Shown piece after piece: positions 1 through 9,512 of a stretch of 62,792 nt of DNA. The notes beneath the pieces are model-generated. The model was not told where the DNA came from. It searched no databases and saw nothing but the letters and a program-made list of their open reading frames with translations. Location: assembly GCA_001915065.1 (NCBI GenBank), contig MNDT01000010.1, forward strand, positions 1 to 62,792. Direction: 5' to 3'. The position numbers and the translations under genes are program-made. This DNA comes from an archaeon 13_2_20CM_2_53_6. Its GTDB lineage: Archaea; Thermoproteota; Bathyarchaeia; 40CM-2-53-6. How positions within the stretch are numbered: position 1 is the first letter of the stretch; every line of letters begins with the position of its first letter.

Positions 1-2
1 AA

Positions 3-1289
3 CTGTGTCTGGCCTGTTTTTGTCAGCTGGAATCGTTCCGCGTTCATCTCGTTTATCAACTCGGGATCGTATGCGATGTGGAGCCGTCCTTCTTCCATCA
101 GATGTCTGAGGTAGAATAGGACGTTCTCTTTCTCTGGGACCGTTAGCGTCGTGCCGACCGCGAGCTTGACCCCTGCCTTGGCGGCTTCTTCTACAAAGTA
201 TTCTCCGACTCCCGTCTGGTCGATGTTGGTCTTCTTGACTGTCTGGAGTCTCTGGCCTAGTCTGTTTAGGTAGCCCATGACGTGGGAGTAGTCTGATCCC
301 AGCTTGAACTGTTTCATATGGATCAGATTGACGTATCCGTCCTTCTTCTCGACGACCGCGACAGCCGAATGGTCCTGTTTCTTTCCGAGGTCACACCCAA
401 CATAGTAGCTTCCCGTTGGTGGTATCTCTCCCGTTAGGGCGATCGACTCATCATAGGTCTTCAGCTCGTATGAGACGCATGATGTCAGAAGGCTTAGCGG
501 GAAGAATGCTTCCTCGTCTTCGGCAAATTCTGCCTCCATTTCTCTCTGCCAGCGCCAGGGATCCTCTTTCATCTGGATTCGGAGGCTCTGGACCATCTTC
601 TCTTTGAGGGGTCCGTTGGGCTCAAGGGCGTCTCTATAACTCACGTGGTGGCGGGAAAACTCCGCAAAGAGATCGTTGTCTGTGCACATCTCGTAGAAGA
701 GAGTGTCCCTTGAGCCTGGGGTACTCAACGCCAAGAAACGTCCGTTGGTCGTTGTGAGCGCGTATATGGTCGCATCGTAGAGTTCTCTGTCGTACCTGAC
801 GAATGCTGCTTCGTCGAGGATGATCAGATCGCAGGTCTCTCCCCTTATCGTCTCGGGACTGTTCGGTAGCGCCTCGATGCTGGAGCCGTTAACAAACTCC
901 AGTCTGGTCTTGAGTCGTCGCCCGGCGAGGATGTGAGAGCGATTCTTTGGGATGAACGATCCGATCCGGTGAATCAGTTTCTTGCTCTGCCGCAGGCTAG
1001 GGGCTAGGATGAGGACCCGTTTCGCTCCTTCGTGGAGTGCGCAGTAGAGGCTTAGCGCCGCGATCGTGGTTGACTTGCCCGTCTGCCGAGCCCATCTTGC
1101 GACGACGAATCTGCTTGTGTCGAGTAGAATTTTCTCCTGATACTGGGTCGGAACGAGTTTCAGCCACGCCTTGCAGAAGTCTATGATGCCTCCACTGATG
1201 AGGGGCTTGCCTCTCACGCCGTCCTCTTCGAGTTCTCTCTCGACATTTGCCAATTCTCGTTGTATCTTCGTGTGGACCGAGGAGCTCAT
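3..1289 (-). CDS. Terminase large subunit-like ATPase/nuclease (3' end runs off the window)
   Basis: Not in the ORF track because it has no stop in the window. Manual translation from ATG 1289 shows PTQYQ, Walker A WARQTGKST, LILAPSLRQS, Walker B IILDEAAF, coupling motif LSTPG and nuclease motifs VGCDLGKKQDHSA and IDQTGVG. Confidence 0.88.
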   Translation of the reverse strand, partial: MSSSVHTKIQRELANVERELEEDGVRGKPLISGGIIDFCKAWLKLVPTQYQEKILLDTSRFVVARWARQTGKSTTIAALSLYCALHEGAKRVLILAPSLRQSKKLIHRIGSFIPKNRSHILAGRRLKTRLEFVNGSSIEALPNSPETIRGETCDLIILDEAAFVRYDRELYDATIYALTTTNGRFLALSTPGSRDTLFYEMCTDNDLFAEFSRHHVSYRDALEPNGPLKEKMVQSLRIQMKEDPWRWQREMEAEFAEDEEAFFPLSLLTSCVSYELKTYDESIALTGEIPPTGSYYVGCDLGKKQDHSAVAVVEKKDGYVNLIHMKQFKLGSDYSHVMGYLNRLGQRLQTVKKTNIDQTGVGEYFVEEAAKAGVKLAVGTTLTVPEKENVLFYLRHLMEEGRLHIAYDPELINEMNAERFQLTKTGQTQ

Positions 1290-1610
1290 CTAGGCTTGGG
1301 ACCCTTCTCGCGGCTGAGGATCGGTCTTGTTTTCGCTGGTCGTTCCTGAAAGGCCGGTCGTTGCGCCGGCCCTCTTCCGGTACTCTTCTATCACGCGGAG
1401 GCGTTTCTCCCAGTCTCTCTCCTCTCTCTCCTTGAGCACCTGACTTAGCGTGCGAGCTGCTTCAGTGTAGCTCTTGAGCCAGCCCTGGCGTGATTTCAGG
1501 TCAATCCTCTCGTCCCTCATCATCCTGTACGCCATGTTGGCCGATGTCTGGAGTTGCCGGATTGTCTTGTCTCGGAGCTTCTCCTCGTCGATCTCCCTAG
1601 TCTTTCCCAG
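1290..1610 (-). CDS. Small helical protein abutting terL (candidate small terminase subunit); start uncertain
   Basis: Its stop directly abuts the terL ATG. The frame is open upstream of ATG 1535 to about 1629 (LGKTREIDEEKLRDKTIRQLQ), with a possible CTG start at 1610. The function is inferred from position only. Confidence 0.5.
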   Translation of the reverse strand: MGKTREIDEEKLRDKTIRQLQTSANMAYRMMRDERIDLKSRQGWLKSYTEAARTLSQVLKEREERDWEKRLRVIEEYRKRAGATTGLSGTTSENKTDPQPREGSQA

Positions 1611-1878
1611 CGCGGATCTTATCCTCTTCTAGAGTTCTCGGGATCTTTCCGGAAGAATCAACAAGATCTCTGTTAGTGCGTCTCGTCTGATCTTCATCCA
1701 AGGTCTTCAGGTAGAGGCGTATGGATCGGATCGCGGTACCGCCCAGCAGCCGCATCTCTTTCGGGTCCATGAGCCGGTTCTAAGAACCCTCTTGCAGATT
1801 GTCGAGGATGATGCTAGTCAACCGGCGGAGATCGGCCAACGCCTCCTTCCGCTCCGAATCGCTATCCGAAACTTTCAA
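1597..1878 (-). pseudogene. Small ORF with one in-frame TAG
   Basis: TTG 1878 gives LKVSDSDSERKEALADLRRLTSIILDNLQEGS*NRLMDPKEMRLLGGTAIRSIRLYLKTLDED...KD*, with an internal TAG at 1780-1782. Confidence 0.4.
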
Positions 1879-2045
1879 CCCGTCTCCACGCTCCACCAGG
1901 GCCCTCTGCGAACACGATGGTCCCGTCCCGTAGTCCCAGAATCATCATCAGAACCTCGCCGGATTCCGCTTTTCTAGACTACCAACGTCCCATGAACCAA
2001 GGGACCCGACCTCTCTGCCTGCAACTCGAATAAAGGGGTCCTTAA

Positions 2046-2213
2046 CCGAGACAAAATCACTCGCGGGTCATGTGGATAGAATAATTATTTTCACCCGCCT
2101 CCCTCCAAAAAATCGTAACAGTCAAAACCGGAACCGGAAAAAAACGGCGCGCAGAAAAACCAAGAATTCTTAATTTCAAAAAGAGAACCGGGAGACACGG
2201 CGCGCGGCCTACG
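2046..2213 (+). repeat. Dispersed non-coding element, copy A (~165 bp)
   Basis: Aligns by eye with the reverse complement of 28820-28986. Shared blocks include cactcg, catg.gga, ttttcaccc, cctcca.aaaatcgta, ccaagaattctt and gcgcggcc. Confidence 0.8.
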
Positions 2214-2237
2214 GGACCCGCGCCACGGGACCCGTCC

Positions 2238-2570
2238 TCACATGTACTTTTTCAGCGTCTCTTCGATCCGCGCCTTCGGAACAGCCCCGACGATCTGGTC
2301 AACCTGCTTCCCATTCTTGAACACTAGCAAGGTCGGAATAGCCATGATATCAAACCGGCCAGACGTCGCCGGGTTCTCGTCCGTGTTCAACTTCCCGAAC
2401 GCCACCTTGCCGCTATACTCTTTGGCGAGCCCGTCGATGATCGGCGAGACCAGACGGCAGGGCCCACACCACGGAGCCCAACAGTCAACTAGGATCAAGG
2501 GATACTTCGAGATGAACGAGTCGAAGCTGGAATCATCAACCTTCACGGGCGAATCGGGCGAACCAGTCAT
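2238..2570 (-). CDS. trxA: Thioredoxin
   Basis: WAPWCGPC active site, IPT cis-Pro motif, 110 aa. Confidence 0.95.
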   Translation of the reverse strand: MTGSPDSPVKVDDSSFDSFISKYPLILVDCWAPWCGPCRLVSPIIDGLAKEYSGKVAFGKLNTDENPATSGRFDIMAIPTLLVFKNGKQVDQIVGAVPKARIEETLKKYM

Positions 2571-2636
2571 AACAGCCTAGCCGTCCAAGCCATAATATAA
2601 TCCTAACACGGAAAACGCCCCACTATCGATAGAATC

Positions 2637-2819
2637 CTATTCGGCCTTCCCCGCCGCCTCGCTACCACTGGCCCCGGATCCGTGGCAGTGTGGGCAGTAG
2701 ACGCTCTCCGGCGGCTTCCCAGCAATAACATCCTTCGACCACCGGCCAGCCCCGGCGCAGTAAGCGCACTTCTGACCATCCGCAACACCAGTCGGTGGAG
2801 TCGCTGAAGCAGTTGACAT
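2637..2819 (-). CDS. Small DnaJ-type zinc-finger protein
   Basis: Two CxxCxGxG motifs (CAYCAGAG, CPHCHGSG). ATG 2819 lies 5 nt after the upstream stop. Confidence 0.7.
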   Translation of the reverse strand: MSTASATPPTGVADGQKCAYCAGAGRWSKDVIAGKPPESVYCPHCHGSGASGSEAAGKAE

Positions 2820-2824
2820 TTCTT

Positions 2825-3076
2825 CTAGTCGATATCCGGCTTCCCGGTCAGCTCGACCTGTCTCTTCCCCTTCATCAACCGCGTGACCCACAAGACGCCA
2901 GCCATCTCCAGCCGCATCAAGTTCGTATTCAACTCGCGGAAGCTGACCTCGCCAAAGTTCGACCTCAGCTCCTTCTGAAGATCAATATCAGTCATCGAAC
3001 CTTTCCTCTCCAACACCTCTACGATCGAGAGGGATATGGGCCTGGGACTCCAGACCTTGCTCAATGCCAGAGTCAC
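2825..3076 (-). CDS. Small winged-helix protein
   Basis: wHTH-like pattern (MTDIDLQKEL...ELNTNLMRLEMAGVLWV) in an operon with cdc48. Confidence 0.7.
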   Translation of the reverse strand: MTLALSKVWSPRPISLSIVEVLERKGSMTDIDLQKELRSNFGEVSFRELNTNLMRLEMAGVLWVTRLMKGKRQVELTGKPDID

Positions 3077-3099
3077 CAGGACGAGCCTTTCCCCAGCAT

Positions 3100-5271
3100 C
3101 TACGTGATCGGCACGGGAGCCCGTTCCTTCTTGAACCGTTTCGTGAACGACTGATACCAGTTCTCCATGTCAGGCGTCACAGACGGCTTGACTCTCTCCA
3201 GACCATCCCGGAAATCCTCGATCGTAACACTCTTCGTATCCATATCCCGCCTCAGCGAGATCAAGCCCGCCTCCCGGCAGACCGCTTCAAGATCAGCGCC
3301 CGAGTAGCCGGCGGCCTGGCTAGAGATCTGCTCCAGATCAACATCCCGCGCCAACGGCATGTTCCTCGTATGAATCTTTAGAATATTCAGCCGCGTCAAA
3401 TGGTCCGGAGCCGGCACATAGATCAGCCGGTCAAACCGTCCCGGACGAAGAACCGCCGGATCAATAATGTCAGGCCGGTTCGTAGCACCAATAACGACAA
3501 CATTGACCAGAGACTCTATCCCGTCCAGCTCCGTCAACAACTGGCTAATCACCCGCTCCGAGACGCCGCTATCGCCAAAACCCATGCCCCTCCTCGGAAC
3601 CACAGAGTCGAGCTCGTCGAAGAAGACGATAGAAGGAGCAGCAGTCCGCCCCTTACGGAACACCTCCCGGATAGCCTTCTCAGACTCGCCCACCCACTTG
3701 CTGAACAGCTCCGGTCCCTTGATCGAGATGAAGTTCGCCTCGCTCTCCGTCGCCACCGCCCGCGCCAGCATCGTCTTCCCACAACCCGGAGGCCCGAACA
3801 ATAGAATACCCTTCGGCGGCCTAATACCCACCCGGGTGAACGCCTCAGGCTTCTTCAGAGGCCACTCAACAGCCTCCTGAAGCTCCTGTTTAACATCAGT
3901 AAGCCCCCCAACGTCCGCCCACGTCACCGACGGCACCTCGATGTAGACCTCCCTCATCGCGGTCGGCGTGATCTCCCGATACGCGTCCGTGAAATCCTTA
4001 ACGTTGACCTCCATCTTCTCCAAGATGCTACTGGGAATCCGTTCTTCCTCGAGATTGATCTCTGGAAGATACCGTCGCAGCGCTTTCATCGCAGCCTCAC
4101 GACAGAGCGAAGAAATGTCCGCCCCCGTGTAGCCGTGGCAAATATCCGACAACCGGTGAAGATCCACATCCGAAGCCAGTGGCATGGTTCTCGTGTGAAT
4201 CTGTAGAATCTCGTATCTTCCCATTTTGTCCGGGACCCCGATCTCGATCTCCCGGTCGAATCGTCCCGGCCTCCTCAGAGCAGGATCAATCGCGTTCGGC
4301 CGGTTCGTAGCACCAATCACAATGATATTGCCCCGCGCTCCCATTCCATCCATCAAAGACAAGAGCTGGGCGACGACACGCCGCTCAACCTCTCCAGTCA
4401 CCTCTTCCCTCTTCGGCGCTATCGCGTCCATCTCGTCGATGAATATGATGCTCGGAGCAGTCTCCTGGGCCTTCTGGAAGATCTCGCGGAGCCTAGCCTC
4501 GGACTCGCCGTAGAACTTCGACATGATCTCTGGACCAGAGATGACGTAGAAGTTCGCGTCCGACTCGTTAGCCACCGCCTTTGCAAGCAACGTTTTCCCG
4601 CATCCAGGCGGACCGTAGAGGAAGACTCCCTTCGGAGGCTCTATGCCCAGCCTCTGGAAGAGTTCCGGATGGCGTAGTGGTAGCTCGACCATCTCGCGGA
4701 TTCTCTGGATCTCGCCGTGAAGCCCTCCGATGTCCTCATAGGTGACGATCGGTATGCCTTTCTTCTCGGGCGTCGGCTCGCTCATCACCTGGACTACAGT
4801 CGACTCGGTGATCTTGACGGGCCCGTGCGGACGGGTCCTTGTCGCTATGAGCGGGACCGCACTCCCGAATATGCTGAGGAGGGTCATGTCTCCCTCCATA
4901 AACGGCATGTCCATGAACCGGCGCTTGACGAAGCCCACGAACTCCTCGTCAACACTCAGCCGGACATCGGTAGGAGCAAAGACAATAGTCTGAGCGTCCT
5001 TGACCTCCGCCTTCTTGATCGTGATATACTCGTTAAGCGCGACGCCCGCGTTTCTACGCAGAAGCCCGTCCATCCGGACAATCTCCTGTCCCTGGTCCTC
5101 GGCATACGCAGGCCACGCGATCGCAACAGTCGTCCGTTTACCGTGAACCTCGATAAAGTCCCCTGCCGTTATGGCAAGCTTCTGCATCGTCTCGTTGTCA
5201 ATGCGGACCTTGCCATGACCCACGTCCCGCTGCTTAGCATCAGCTACCCTCAGCTGTACTTCCTTTGACAT
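3100..5271 (-). CDS. cdc48: CDC48/VAT family AAA+ ATPase
   Basis: N-domain plus two AAA modules (GPPGCGKT twice, FIDEMD/FFDELD, RPGRFDR twice). Confidence 0.97.
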   Translation of the reverse strand: MSKEVQLRVADAKQRDVGHGKVRIDNETMQKLAITAGDFIEVHGKRTTVAIAWPAYAEDQGQEIVRMDGLLRRNAGVALNEYITIKKAEVKDAQTIVFAPTDVRLSVDEEFVGFVKRRFMDMPFMEGDMTLLSIFGSAVPLIATRTRPHGPVKITESTVVQVMSEPTPEKKGIPIVTYEDIGGLHGEIQRIREMVELPLRHPELFQRLGIEPPKGVFLYGPPGCGKTLLAKAVANESDANFYVISGPEIMSKFYGESEARLREIFQKAQETAPSIIFIDEMDAIAPKREEVTGEVERRVVAQLLSLMDGMGARGNIIVIGATNRPNAIDPALRRPGRFDREIEIGVPDKMGRYEILQIHTRTMPLASDVDLHRLSDICHGYTGADISSLCREAAMKALRRYLPEINLEEERIPSSILEKMEVNVKDFTDAYREITPTAMREVYIEVPSVTWADVGGLTDVKQELQEAVEWPLKKPEAFTRVGIRPPKGILLFGPPGCGKTMLARAVATESEANFISIKGPELFSKWVGESEKAIREVFRKGRTAAPSIVFFDELDSVVPRRGMGFGDSGVSERVISQLLTELDGIESLVNVVVIGATNRPDIIDPAVLRPGRFDRLIYVPAPDHLTRLNILKIHTRNMPLARDVDLEQISSQAAGYSGADLEAVCREAGLISLRRDMDTKSVTIEDFRDGLERVKPSVTPDMENWYQSFTKRFKKERAPVPIT

Positions 5272-5373
5272 CGCTATTCTCCCAACTCCATGACGGTGAT
5301 CGCGAACACGTCCGAGACGAGGACTCGACCCCTCGTGACTCCCAAAACGCCCCTATTCCTAACGTTCAACTGG

Positions 5374-5811
5374 TTATTGCCCCTCAAAAGACTTATCGTC
5401 ATCATTAATGGAATCCGTCTCCCTGATTAGCCTCCGGGTCCCCAGAGACAGCAATAGAAAGCTGCCCAGTCCGAGCGGAGAGAGACTATACCCCCTGCCC
5501 TCTTTCACTATCAGCTCTCTTCGCGAGGACCTGTTTACCAGATCTGAGATATACTTAGGATTCACCGCGACCTTCAGAAGGTCCGTAAATGATGCGGAAT
5601 TGTTACAGTTCTTGACCATGTGGCTGAGAATCTGGACCCGTCGTTTATTCGAGAAAAAGTCGCATATGTCGCACAAAGCGTCCAAGTCTGCCTCTGAATC
5701 ATCCAACTCCCTCGTTATGAGCTGTTTAGTCGCAGGGTTCCACGCTACCTCCGACAAGGGCAGGTCTAGTAGAACCTCCTCATCGTTCTGGAGCGTTAGT
5801 CTAAGACCCAT
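5374..5811 (-). CDS. ArsR-like winged-helix hypothetical protein
   Basis: FSNKRRVQIL...SFTDLL...YSLSPLG pattern typical of wHTH regulators. Confidence 0.55.
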   Translation of the reverse strand: MGLRLTLQNDEEVLLDLPLSEVAWNPATKQLITRELDDSEADLDALCDICDFFSNKRRVQILSHMVKNCNNSASFTDLLKVAVNPKYISDLVNRSSRRELIVKEGRGYSLSPLGLGSFLLLSLGTRRLIRETDSINDDDKSFEGQ

Positions 5812-5882
5812 CTCTAACTCAAAACGTAAGAGAATCTCTGGTTATTTAGAGTTCCTGTCACTTAATTACCGAAAGTTAAGTA

Positions 5883-6161
5883 TTAGGCAATCCTGCGCGA
5901 GACAATGACCTGGAACTCGCTAATGCCATCGGTCTGCTTCAACAGCTCCTCAACCTCGTCCATCCTTCCTTGAGCCTCCTCTGGGACCAGAACGTGGGCG
6001 ATGAGAGCGACTAGTCCGAAGGCGACCGGCTCCTCCTCATACTTGTATATCGCGGCCTTTCCCTCCAACGTCTTTCGAATCTTCTCCTTCAAAACCGACA
6101 TGTCCGCATGCGCATCTGAGGGGAATATCTTGATCGTGACCAGTACTTGCGTCATCGTCAT
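5883..6161 (-). CDS. ef1b: Translation elongation factor 1-beta
   Basis: KIFP...EEPVAFGLVAL signature; follows the conserved Zn-ribbon gene. Confidence 0.93.
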   Translation of the reverse strand: MTMTQVLVTIKIFPSDAHADMSVLKEKIRKTLEGKAAIYKYEEEPVAFGLVALIAHVLVPEEAQGRMDEVEELLKQTDGISEFQVIVSRRIA

Positions 6162-6353
6162 CTATGGTCCAGTAAACCCGCACTTTGGACACTTGTACGG
6201 TCGGCCGAATCCACGGCACTTTTCGCAGCGCCAGATCGTGACCTCGCCGCACTGGGGGCACGGAAAATGGACAGCCCCTTCGCGTGGCAGTATCATGCGT
6301 CCGCACCAGTTGCACGAGGGCATTCGAACTGTACGGACTTCTGCCATCATCAC
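6162..6353 (-). CDS. Conserved archaeal Zn-ribbon RNA-binding protein (DUF1610 type)
   Basis: Four CxxC pairs ending CPKCGFTGP; canonical position upstream of EF-1beta. Confidence 0.9.
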   Translation of the reverse strand: MMMAEVRTVRMPSCNWCGRMILPREGAVHFPCPQCGEVTIWRCEKCRGFGRPYKCPKCGFTGP

Positions 6354-6375
6354 GACCGCGGTCCGGCATCGAACC

Positions 6376-7356
6376 TCATCGGGATAATATGTCTTCGTCC
6401 AGACGGCATTCCTCCGGCTTCTTGTCGGGTCTGAGTCGCTCGAATCTTGGAAACCTCAGTTTCTTGTCTCGTGTGAAATTGGAGTACAGGATCTCACAAA
6501 CCAGGCGGGGTTTGCACCAGAGAATCGGCGATGGAGCTTCGACTGTTCCTTTAATGATCGGGGATTTTGCAATTATCCTGTCCAGTCTTGACCTTAACGA
6601 CTCTAGTGTCTTGTTGTCGAATCCCCCGCCAACGTTGCCAACGTGGGTGAGATTTCCCTTTTCGTTGAACATTGCCATGACTAGCGAGCCAAAGGTTGAG
6701 GCTCGTGCACCCTCACCGATCGTGTACCCCACAATGATCGCATCTATGGTTTGAGAGCCTTTGATCTTAATCCAAGAGCTCGTCCGGGTCCCTGGCAGAT
6801 ACGGTGAGAGTCTCTCTTTGGCGATGACTCCCTCGAAGCCCAGCTTCAATACCCCAGAGTAGAATTTTGAGCCTTCACCTTCGACATGATCTCCGTATGC
6901 GAGGTGGGGCCCTTCGACGAGTATCTCGCGCAAAATCTTCTTTCTTTCTTCCAAAGGATTCCCAACAGTGTCTTTCCCATTTAGATGGAGAAGGTCAAAC
7001 GCGACGTACGTGGCGGGATTCGTGCCCCGGACCAGATCCACTGTCCTCGGATCGTTGTGTCCGAATCTGGTCTGCATCCTTCCGAAGTCCGGAATCCCCC
7101 TTTCGGTTAGCACGACAACTTCTCCGTCAACGACCGCTTTTCGGGCCTTGATCTTTGCCGCTACGCCACGGATTTCTGGGTAGGAGGCGGTGACGTCTCG
7201 AAGATTCCTGTTCTGAAGTCCGAGCTTTCCTTGTTCTAAAAATAGAAGCGCTCTGAGACCGTCCCACTTCACCTCGAAAAAATAATCCTTAGAATCGAAA
7301 GACTCTCCAGTCTTCGCCATCATCGGCTTTATCGGACGCTCTTGGAAGAGCGTCAT
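6376..7356 (-). CDS. ligD: NHEJ ATP-dependent DNA ligase (stand-alone LigD ligase domain)
   Basis: Motif [37 protein letters not shown]; overlaps the Ku stop. Confidence 0.9.
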   Translation of the reverse strand: MTLFQERPIKPMMAKTGESFDSKDYFFEVKWDGLRALLFLEQGKLGLQNRNLRDVTASYPEIRGVAAKIKARKAVVDGEVVVLTERGIPDFGRMQTRFGHNDPRTVDLVRGTNPATYVAFDLLHLNGKDTVGNPLEERKKILREILVEGPHLAYGDHVEGEGSKFYSGVLKLGFEGVIAKERLSPYLPGTRTSSWIKIKGSQTIDAIIVGYTIGEGARASTFGSLVMAMFNEKGNLTHVGNVGGGFDNKTLESLRSRLDRIIAKSPIIKGTVEAPSPILWCKPRLVCEILYSNFTRDKKLRFPRFERLRPDKKPEECRLDEDILSR

Positions 7357-8135
7357 CGTTTCTCTTGTGCTTTGATGCTCGCCTTGAGAGCTTCCATCAG
7401 ATTCTTGGTCGGCTTTATCTCGGGAACTCGCAGCTCGATGACCTCTTCTCTGCCCTTCATCTTCGCTTCGACCAGTTTCATCAGATTCTCCTGGTACCTG
7501 TCCCTATACTCTTTGAAGTTGAAGGGTTTCTTCATTATCTTGATGAGCTGTCCTGCGAGTTCGAGCTCCTCCTTCTCAACCTCTGGTGGCTTCTTCAGCT
7601 CGGGAAAGTCTCTCGGGGTTCGGACCTCGTCGGTGTAGTGGAGTGTTGTCATGAGAATTGCGCCGTCGTAGGGTCTCAGCGCGACGAGGTGTTCCTTCTC
7701 ATGCATGACGACTCGGCCGACCGCGACCTTGTTGTTCTGTTCTAGCGCGCCCAGCATAAGATAGTAGGGCTTGTCGCCGTGCTCGTCTGGGACGAGATAG
7801 TAGCTGTTGTCATAGTAGACCGCGTCGACTTTCTCAGCGTCTACGAACTGAAAGACCTCGACCATCCGTCCAGACTTTAGCTCTATCGACTCGAGCTCTT
7901 TCGGCGTGATGGGAATGTATTTTCCTTTCTGGACTTCGTAGCCTTTTATGACCTCCTCCCATGGCACCTCCCGGCCCTCCTTGGGGCAGATTCGTTTGAA
8001 CTGCAGCGGGCTCTTGTCCCTTGGACACATTAGTCGTAGCCCGGTCTTGTGTTCTGAGATGGCCCCGTAGCTCTTGACGGGTATGCTGACCAGGCCGAAG
8101 CTTATCGCGCCTTTCCATATTGGCCGAGGGGGCAG
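7353..8135 (-). CDS. ku: Ku DNA end-binding protein (probable CTG start)
   Basis: Extending the frame upstream of the track ORF gives the Ku N-terminus RPIWKGAISFGLVSIPVK. Also has IKGYE, YYLVP, YRDRY and NLMEALKASI. Confidence 0.95.
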   Translation of the reverse strand: MPPRPIWKGAISFGLVSIPVKSYGAISEHKTGLRLMCPRDKSPLQFKRICPKEGREVPWEEVIKGYEVQKGKYIPITPKELESIELKSGRMVEVFQFVDAEKVDAVYYDNSYYLVPDEHGDKPYYLMLGALEQNNKVAVGRVVMHEKEHLVALRPYDGAILMTTLHYTDEVRTPRDFPELKKPPEVEKEELELAGQLIKIMKKPFNFKEYRDRYQENLMKLVEAKMKGREEVIELRVPEIKPTKNLMEALKASIKAQEKR

Positions 8136-8229
8136 ATTCTCACTCTCCTGTCTCTAGCCGAGAACATTCTTTTTCTAGCCAACTCGGATATGAGCATTAC
8201 TAGCTCCGGTCAACTGGGAAGAACTCTCG

Positions 8230-9144
8230 TTGAAGAGGATAACTGACATTGTGGAAGTCGGTGGGCGGAAGATTACTCTCTCCAATCTCGACAAGCTGTT
8301 GTGGAGGCGCGAGAAGATCTCCAAGGCGGACGTCATTCAGTACTACGCTGCCGTCGCGTCGAGGATGGTTCCCCTTGTCAAGAATCGGCCCTTGATGCTG
8401 AACCGTTTTCCCCACGGGGTTCCCGGAAAATCGTTTGTCCAGAAAGACTGGCCCAACCATCCGAGCTGGGTTAGCATCGCCCAGGTCCGGTCTCACAGCC
8501 TAAACAAGTCCGTCCGACACGTCGTCTGCAACGACGAGGCTACTCTGATCTGGCTCGCCGATATGGCTTGTTTGGAGATCAACCAGTTCCTCTCTACGGT
8601 TCCGAGGACGGACTGGCATGATGTGGCGCTGGTTGACCTGGACCCGTACCCGCCCGCCAGCTTCGAGGACGCCACGGAGATTGCCGAAGCGGTTCATTCA
8701 GCGTTGGTAGAGATGAAGCTACGGCATCTGATCAAGACTTCTGGTGCTGACGGCTTCCATTTCTTGATCCCGATCGTTCCAAAGTATCCGATTGAGACAA
8801 TCCGCAAGTTTGTCCTGATGCTGGGAGTGCTGATGGAGGATTTAGCTCCGAGAAAGGTTTCGACTTCGAGGAACCGAGCTGATCGGATCGGGAAGGTCTA
8901 TGTTGACTTTTTCCAGAACGGTCTGCAGAAGACTGTCGCGGCGCCGTTTACGCTTCGACCGCTACCAGGGGCGCCAGTATCCTTCCCGATAGATCCGAAA
9001 AGGCTCAATACTCGTTTCAAGGCGGAAGAGTTCAATCTGTTCACGGTGCCGGAAGTCTTGAAGAAGGGTGGCGTTTCCGAGTTTGATATTTCTCCCGATC
9101 AGACGCTGGATGGGGCGTTCCGTGAGCTCGGTGTGGAGTTGTAG
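8230..9144 (+). CDS. NHEJ primase-polymerase (stand-alone LigD Pol domain)
   Basis: LSNLDKLLW, RPLMLNRFPHG, VDLDP, KTSGADGFH, VYVDFFQN, APFTLR; divergent from ku. Confidence 0.92.
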   Translation: MKRITDIVEVGGRKITLSNLDKLLWRREKISKADVIQYYAAVASRMVPLVKNRPLMLNRFPHGVPGKSFVQKDWPNHPSWVSIAQVRSHSLNKSVRHVVCNDEATLIWLADMACLEINQFLSTVPRTDWHDVALVDLDPYPPASFEDATEIAEAVHSALVEMKLRHLIKTSGADGFHFLIPIVPKYPIETIRKFVLMLGVLMEDLAPRKVSTSRNRADRIGKVYVDFFQNGLQKTVAAPFTLRPLPGAPVSFPIDPKRLNTRFKAEEFNLFTVPEVLKKGGVSEFDISPDQTLDGAFRELGVEL

Positions 9145-9152
9145 GATGGTTT

Positions 9153-9271
9153 TGGTGGGCCGGGAGAGATTTGAACTCTATCGACCTGGTGGTTCTCGAC
9201 CCCACGGTTATCAGCCGTGTGCTCCTCGGCCCGAGCGTCGTTCCTGGTTAACCGTGCTGAGCTACCGGCCC
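9153..9271 (-). tRNA. tRNA-Ile(GAU) with two non-canonical introns
   Basis: Acceptor GGGCCGG/CCGGCCC-ACCA; anticodon arm CACGG-CTGATAA-CCGTG; ~24-nt insert in the D loop (~9225-9248) and ~17-nt insert in the T stem (~9177-9193). Confidence 0.9.
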
Positions 9272-9382
9272 ATTGGTTTTGCGGGCTGGGCTCTGACGGG
9301 AATTAACATTTTCCGGATTTGCCGGGGCTTGTCTGTGTCTAAAGTCTTTTAGATGGTTTCTGGGCCGGGCGTTGGTTGGGTT

Positions 9383-9512
9383 GGGCCGGTAGTTCAGCCT
9401 GGTATGCTGGGCGGTCGTGGGCTGCCTGGGCCGTAGAACGTCCGGTTCGCATGGGGAAAATTCTCCTCGGGTGACCGGAAGGCCGCGGGTTCAAATCCCG
9501 CCCGGTCCACCA
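9383..9512 (+). tRNA. tRNA-Ala(CGC) with two introns
   Basis: Acceptor GGGCCGG/CCGGTCC-ACCA with the G3:U70 Ala determinant; anticodon CGC at 9448-9450; D-loop intron ~9405-9435 and canonical 37/38 intron 9452-9473; T arm GCGGG-TTCAAAT-CCCGC. Confidence 0.92.

Noticed and set aside
3064..5268. Multiple + strand ORFs antisense to cdc48 (and similar antisense ORFs throughout)
   Set aside because: Antisense shadows of well-supported genes in GC-rich sequence.
6354..9160. attL/attR duplication of the tRNA-Ile 3' end around the NHEJ cluster
   Set aside because: No second copy of either tRNA 3' end was found by eye, so integration at the tRNA remains inference only.
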